A model generated the notes under the pieces. The model was not told where the DNA came from. It made no database searches and was given only the letters and a program-made list of their open reading frames with translations. DNA of 64,000 nt, taken from the human T2T-CHM13v2.0 reference genome, Homo sapiens. Every line of letters starts with the position of its first letter. Positions within the stretch are counted from its first letter, which is position 1. Positions 58,981 through 64,000 of the stretch are shown here, piece by piece. The stretch lies in assembly GCF_009914755.1 (NCBI RefSeq), contig NC_060930.1; one strand, given 5' to 3'. Made by a program: the position numbers and the translations under genes.

Positions 58981-60611
58981 AGTATCCAAGTTTTCTTACT
59001 TTATAGATATATTTTAGTATTCGTCGAAACAGTGAGAATCTTAACTAGGTTACTGTTTAAACATTATTAAGATGAGACAGGTTTTCAATTATATCTTCTT
59101 ATATTGCAAAATATTTCATTTTTTCAACCAGAATTTTTGCATGAGAATGTAAACCATTGAACTTATCTTTTCTTAAGCAGTCATTCAGAAAATCAGTATC
59201 ATTTAAATCTTTCCCCATCACCTTTTAGACACCATTACAAATAATGTCATTGACTGAACCATAAAATACACTTTTTTTTTTTTTTTTTTTTTTTAGTAAA
59301 TAGATGCTGGCAACCTCAGAGTTGTTGACTAATTTCCATTAAAAAATAGTACCTTGTAGCTTTCTTAATATAGATTTTTTTAACCATAATTCACTTTGAT
59401 ACAAAATTATTCACATGAATGCTACCTGCTTAACAGTCTTCAGACTGAATATCTAGATTGAGTCTCATAGATAGTAGGTAGTCATATGTAATGAAGATAG
59501 TTTAACTTTCTGTTTAACTGAATGTAATGATGCTTTTTGTACATCAAATACTTTTGCTTTCACTTAAGCATTTGTTAAATGTTTTACGGGTGGTAAAATA
59601 TACAGTCTTTTTCTTTGGAAGATTCAAGGTTTTTTATGGCCAGGCAAACTTGGTAAAATTTTCTTCATGTGGCTAGACTATAAAAATGCCAACCCTGTGG
59701 ACTGACTCCTAAAATGTCCTCATGATAGAATGTCACCCTGCCAAACAAGTTCAAGGTTTTCAACTGTTAGACCTTAGTGCATCTAACTCTCTCCCATTAC
59801 TGCCCCTTTGAACACAAATGCATGCTGAAGGGGAAGTGGTGAGTTCAGAATTGATGATAATTTATCTAAACTAACAGAATAATTCTAGAATTAAAATGGA
59901 AATTTACTGTATAATTCCTACATTTGTCTAGAATGTATCTTCATCTAATATGTTAGGCTCCTGGGATTTTAGAATTAGATGGGAATCTTAAAAACCATCA
60001 GTCTAGTCTCATCTTTCACCTAATAGAAGACTTGTTTTGTGCCACTCCTAACTGTTGGTTAATTATCTAGCTCTGCCTTCCCTTTTTGGACACGAATCTT
60101 CTGGGGAGCCCACCACTTTGCAGTGTTAAGTATCTGGTTTTTTGTGTGGCTTCATGAGATCTTTCATGTGACCTCAATTGACTCTGTCAATTTTCTTTTT
60201 TATTCAGTTGAGAACAACTACTCTTTTTCCATTCTTATGCTAAATGTCCTAAGATTTTCTTCACACAGCTCACTGTTTTTATATCTCACACCATCGTACT
60301 TTGCTTTGGATATTTGGAAATAATATCTTTAGTATCTTTAAATAATAATTTGATAAATTCTGGATACTGTAGATATTTCAATAGCAAAGGCTATTACTCT
60401 CTTTGGTCTGGACATTCTTATCTAACCTAAGTTTATGTGTATATGTGTTTGTTTAAGTAATACAGTACATTTTGAACCCCATGTTGTCTTAATATAACCT
60501 ATTATTAAATAAAGTCCTAATCTTAAACAGCTGTTAGAAATTATTATGGAAACTTTTAGGCAGAAATGTGGAGAGAGTAGCATAATGAACACTCATATAT
60601 CTGTCACCAAG

Positions 60612-60838
60612 GTTTGTTTTTGTTTTGTTTTTGCTTTTTTTTTTTTGAGACAGGGTCTCACTCTGTCACCCAGGCTGGAATGCCGTGGTGCCATGATAGC
60701 TCATTGCAGCCTCAACCTCCCAGGTTCAGTGCACCTCAGCCTCCCAAGTAGCTGGAACCACAGGCATGCACCACCATACCTGGCTAATTTTAAAATTTGT
60801 TGTAGAAATTGAGTCTATCTGTGTTGCCCAGGCTGGTT
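60612..60838 (-). mobile_element. Alu (AluJ), truncated
   Basis: Partial dimer abutting L1. Confidence 0.85.
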
Positions 60839-61955
60839 TTTTATTTTTTAATTGACACATGATTGTACATATTATACATATTTATGAGGTACAGATTTGT
60901 TGTATAGTGATCAAATCAGGGTAGGGCATCTGTCACCTCATGAATTTATCATTTCTTTGTGGTAAGAACAGTCAAAAGCCTCTCTTCTAGCTATTTTATG
61001 ATATACTTTACTGTTCACCATGGTCACCCTACTGTGCAACAGAACACCATAACTTATTCCTCCAATCCAATTGTAATTTTAAATCAATTGACCAACCTCC
61101 GTTCATTCTCATCCTCTTCTCCTCAGTCTCTGTTAATCACTCTTCTTTCTGCTTCGATGATAACACTTTTTTTTTTTTTTAAGATTCCACATACAAGTGA
61201 GATCATGAGGAATTTGTCTTTCTGTGTCTGGCTTGGTTTATTTAACATGATGTCCTCCAGGTTCACTAACGTCACAAATGACAAGATTTCTTACAGCTGA
61301 ATAATATTCACATTTTCTTTATCCATTCTTCCACTGTTGGACACTTAGATTGATTCCATATCTTGGCTATTATAAATAGTGCTGCAGTAAATAGCGAAGT
61401 ATAGAAATCTCTTCAACATCCTGATTTCATTTTCTTTGGATATGTATTCAGCAGTGGGATTGCTGGATCATGTGGTAGTTCTATTTTTAATTTTTTGAGG
61501 AACTTCTATACTGTTTTCTATAATGGCTATGTGAGTTTACTATCCTACCAACAGTGTGTAAAGTATTCCCTTTCCTTCACATCCTCACCAATACATAGGT
61601 GTTGTTGTTGTTGTTGTTTGTTTTTTTATAATAGCCATTCTACCTGGAGTGAGGTGGTATCTCATTGTGGTTTTGATTTGCATTTTCCTTATGATACGTG
61701 ATGTTGAACATTTTTTCATATACCTGTTGGCCATTGGTATGTCTTCTTTTGAGAAGTGTCTGTTAAGGTGTTTTGCTTATTTTTTAATCAGATTATTTCT
61801 TTTGCTGAGTTGGTTGAATTTCATATATATATTCTGGATATTAATCTCTTATCAGATATATAATTTGCACATATTTTCTCCTGTTCTGTGGGTTGGCTTT
61901 TCACCCTGTTAATAGTTTCCTGGGCTGTGCAAAAGCTTTTTAGTTGGATGTAATC
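60839..61955 (-). mobile_element. L1MA-type 3' end
   Basis: Antisense L1 3'UTR (attgtacatat, gtgagatcatg, gggattgctggatcat, ctcattgtggttttgatttgcattt). Confidence 0.85.
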
Positions 61956-62482
61956 TCTGTCATCTTGATCTAATAATCGTTAAAAGGTAAAGCAGTAATA
62001 CAGCATTTTTTGGTGCTAAAATACTGTGATAACTACTATACAAGTCTGTGCTTTATCTTAGAATAGATTATCCAAATTTGTTTGGTGGCAAGATTCCAGA
62101 CATCAAGAGTCATCTGAAATTGTATCTCAATGTATTTGTTACTGAGTTCAAACAGTGAAAGATTTTAAAGTTAAATTGCAGACAAGACATTCCCCCAAGT
62201 ATTTGAGTCTACATCTCTAAAAAAAGTCTGTCTACATAACCACTCTATTTTCTCTTCTAACAAAATTAACAGTAATTTCATAATTTCATGTCACTCAGAT
62301 CTATTCAGATCCACTCAAATCACTCAAATTTCTCTCAAATATCTTTTATACTGATTTGTTAAAACCGGGATCTAATCAAGGACCATGTTATACAGACATT
62401 TTGTCATTTTAATTAAAAATAAGGGCCTTACATTTATCAGTGATAAATTTTATTTTGTTGGTAGTGCCTCTTTGGGCTTGTC

Positions 62483-62671
62483 CAGTAATCAGCAAACTTT
62501 TTCTTAAAGGGCCAGAGAGTAAATATTTTAGGCTTGTGGTTCATTTGGTTCTTGTCACAACTACTCAGTTGTGCTGCGTAGTCATTATGGAAACACACGG
62601 GCATGGCTGTGTTCCAATAAAACTTTTGCAAAACAGGCACTGGCCCATTGGCTGTAGTGTGCTGACCCTTG
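62483..62671. mobile_element. MER58A-like (hAT-Charlie)
   Basis: cagcaaactttttcttaaagggccag...tgttccaataaaacttt...gctgacccttg. Confidence 0.8.
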
Positions 62672-62814
62672 CCTAACCTATTATGATCTTGGTGTTTGTT
62701 TGTTTGTTTGTTTGTTTTTTTCCCCTCATCTGTAACTGTTCTCAAGTTTTGCATCAATTCATTAAATAATACAATTAATATTCAACTATTGGTGAATCCA
62801 TCTGTCAGTAATAG

Positions 62815-62995
62815 CCACCATTTAATGAACACATACTGTATGCTATATACTTGGCATGGATAATAATATTTAATCCTTAAAAGCACCCTGTGAGGTACAG
62901 GTGGTATTATCACCAATTTATAGATGAGAAAATGAGGATTTAGAGAGCGGTTAGGTAAGTGGCCCAGTGTCACATAGCTAAATGGGAACACTAGG
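62815..62995. mobile_element. MIR
   Basis: tagatgagaaaatgagg...ggcccagtgtcacatagcta. Confidence 0.75.
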
Positions 62996-63557
62996 TCAGA
63001 GCCCCCTTTTATAAGGCTTATTTTATACTATCAAACAGATACGAAAGAACATCGTTCTAAAAGGCAAATGTTAGCTTTTCTTCATCCTGATTCTAGGCAT
63101 GTGTTGAGAGACTGTCAAGTAATGTGTTGGGATTGGGACACAAAATGTCTATTTCCTAATCTACTATTTGGGGAGCTTTATAAAGGATGTGAGGTTACTT
63201 TGAATGGCGTGTCTTTCTTTTAGAAAAGAGCTATCTCTAGGAGACCATGTGGGTTCCTATTGTGTTTGCAAATCGGTCTATTATCAGTCCTCCCCTGCTT
63301 CTGCCATTTCTTAGATCATAGATGGTAATTTTGTGGTTAGAACCTTAAGGCCCATTCCCCTGTATCCTCAGCTTCAACTTGAGTATACTTTAAGTAGCTA
63401 GATTCTTCTTTTCTGTATTCTCAGGTTTATTTATTCTCTTGGCTTTCAATTAGATTTTAGATTTATTTTTGCTTCGTTTTTATGACAGGGTTTATTGTGG
63501 CCTTTCAGTTTAAATATCTTTCCTGGTGTGGAAAATTTTAAATGCAGTAGTCTTTGA

Positions 63558-63590
63558 TGCAATTTGTCGTAAAAGCCAGAAGGTGGCGAT
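63558..63590 (+). promoter_or_regulatory. Candidate bipartite CTCF site
   Basis: Core GCCAGAAGGTGGCG at 63575-63588 with upstream TGCAAT at 63558. Confidence 0.6.
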
Positions 63591-64000
63591 GTTTTCCATT
63601 TAAGGTTTCAATTCATTGTAGTTGCTGGAGTAATGTTTTTGAATACCACTAGAAAGAGGACCAAAAATACAGATGATGTGTTCTTGTACACAAAATCTTT
63701 GAGTGAGGAAGAATGTGCTTTAACTTCTATGATGTATTTTAATAGAAAGCTAGAAATATGCCACTTCCTGAAGGGCTACAGTTTTGAAGTTTGCTTTTTT
63801 TATGAGAAGATATTTGACAAATCACACTAAGCCATTTCCTTGAGAAACAGGACAAAACACCTGATCAAGCTATGTCTTAATATTAGGCCTTGGGCAGTGG
63901 GCAAATAATTGGTATTTGTATTTAAATCAGAATGGGAACAACTATTTTTCTTATATTAAACCTAACATATATATATATATTTGTTTTTTTATTTTAAAGC

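Noticed and set aside
59272-59303. Poly-T + AG as the acceptor of the first coding exon
   Set aside because: Following sequence has no open TBP-like frame; the same applies to acceptors near 55448, 63424 and 63488.

Overview
Human/primate genomic DNA, repeat-dense, with no complete protein-coding exon of a canonical gene. Bases 1-41.9 kb are intergenic and made of nested transposons: an old L1MC/MD copy, a nearly full-length dead L1PA7-like element, ERVL integrase remnants, MLT/MST/LTR41/MER39/MLT2A1 LTRs, Tigger/MER DNA elements and many Alus. A CpG island at about 42.0-43.95 kb holds two alternative + strand first exons, with donors at 42754/42755 and 43449/43450. The rest of the window is intron 1. 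I recognise the 43.3-43.45 kb exon from memory as the 5' leader of TBPL1 (TRF2/TLF, human 6q23, downstream of TCF21); its main CDS would lie beyond the window end. The most notable signal is a short upstream ORF at 43328-43449, METGERARLILILVLQLLLRIRRNRQQRCRRVLSHRSLFP(R), which the ORF track missed; it has a hydrophobic core and an Arg-rich tail, and promoter choice decides whether it is included. Secondary signals are a sense MLT2A1 solo LTR with a DUX4-type motif and splice donor just upstream, TE-derived CTCF motifs in a divergent layout, two strong inverted repeats, and several microhomology or templated-insertion repair scars. Repeat subfamily names and the gene name come from recall, not from a database search.
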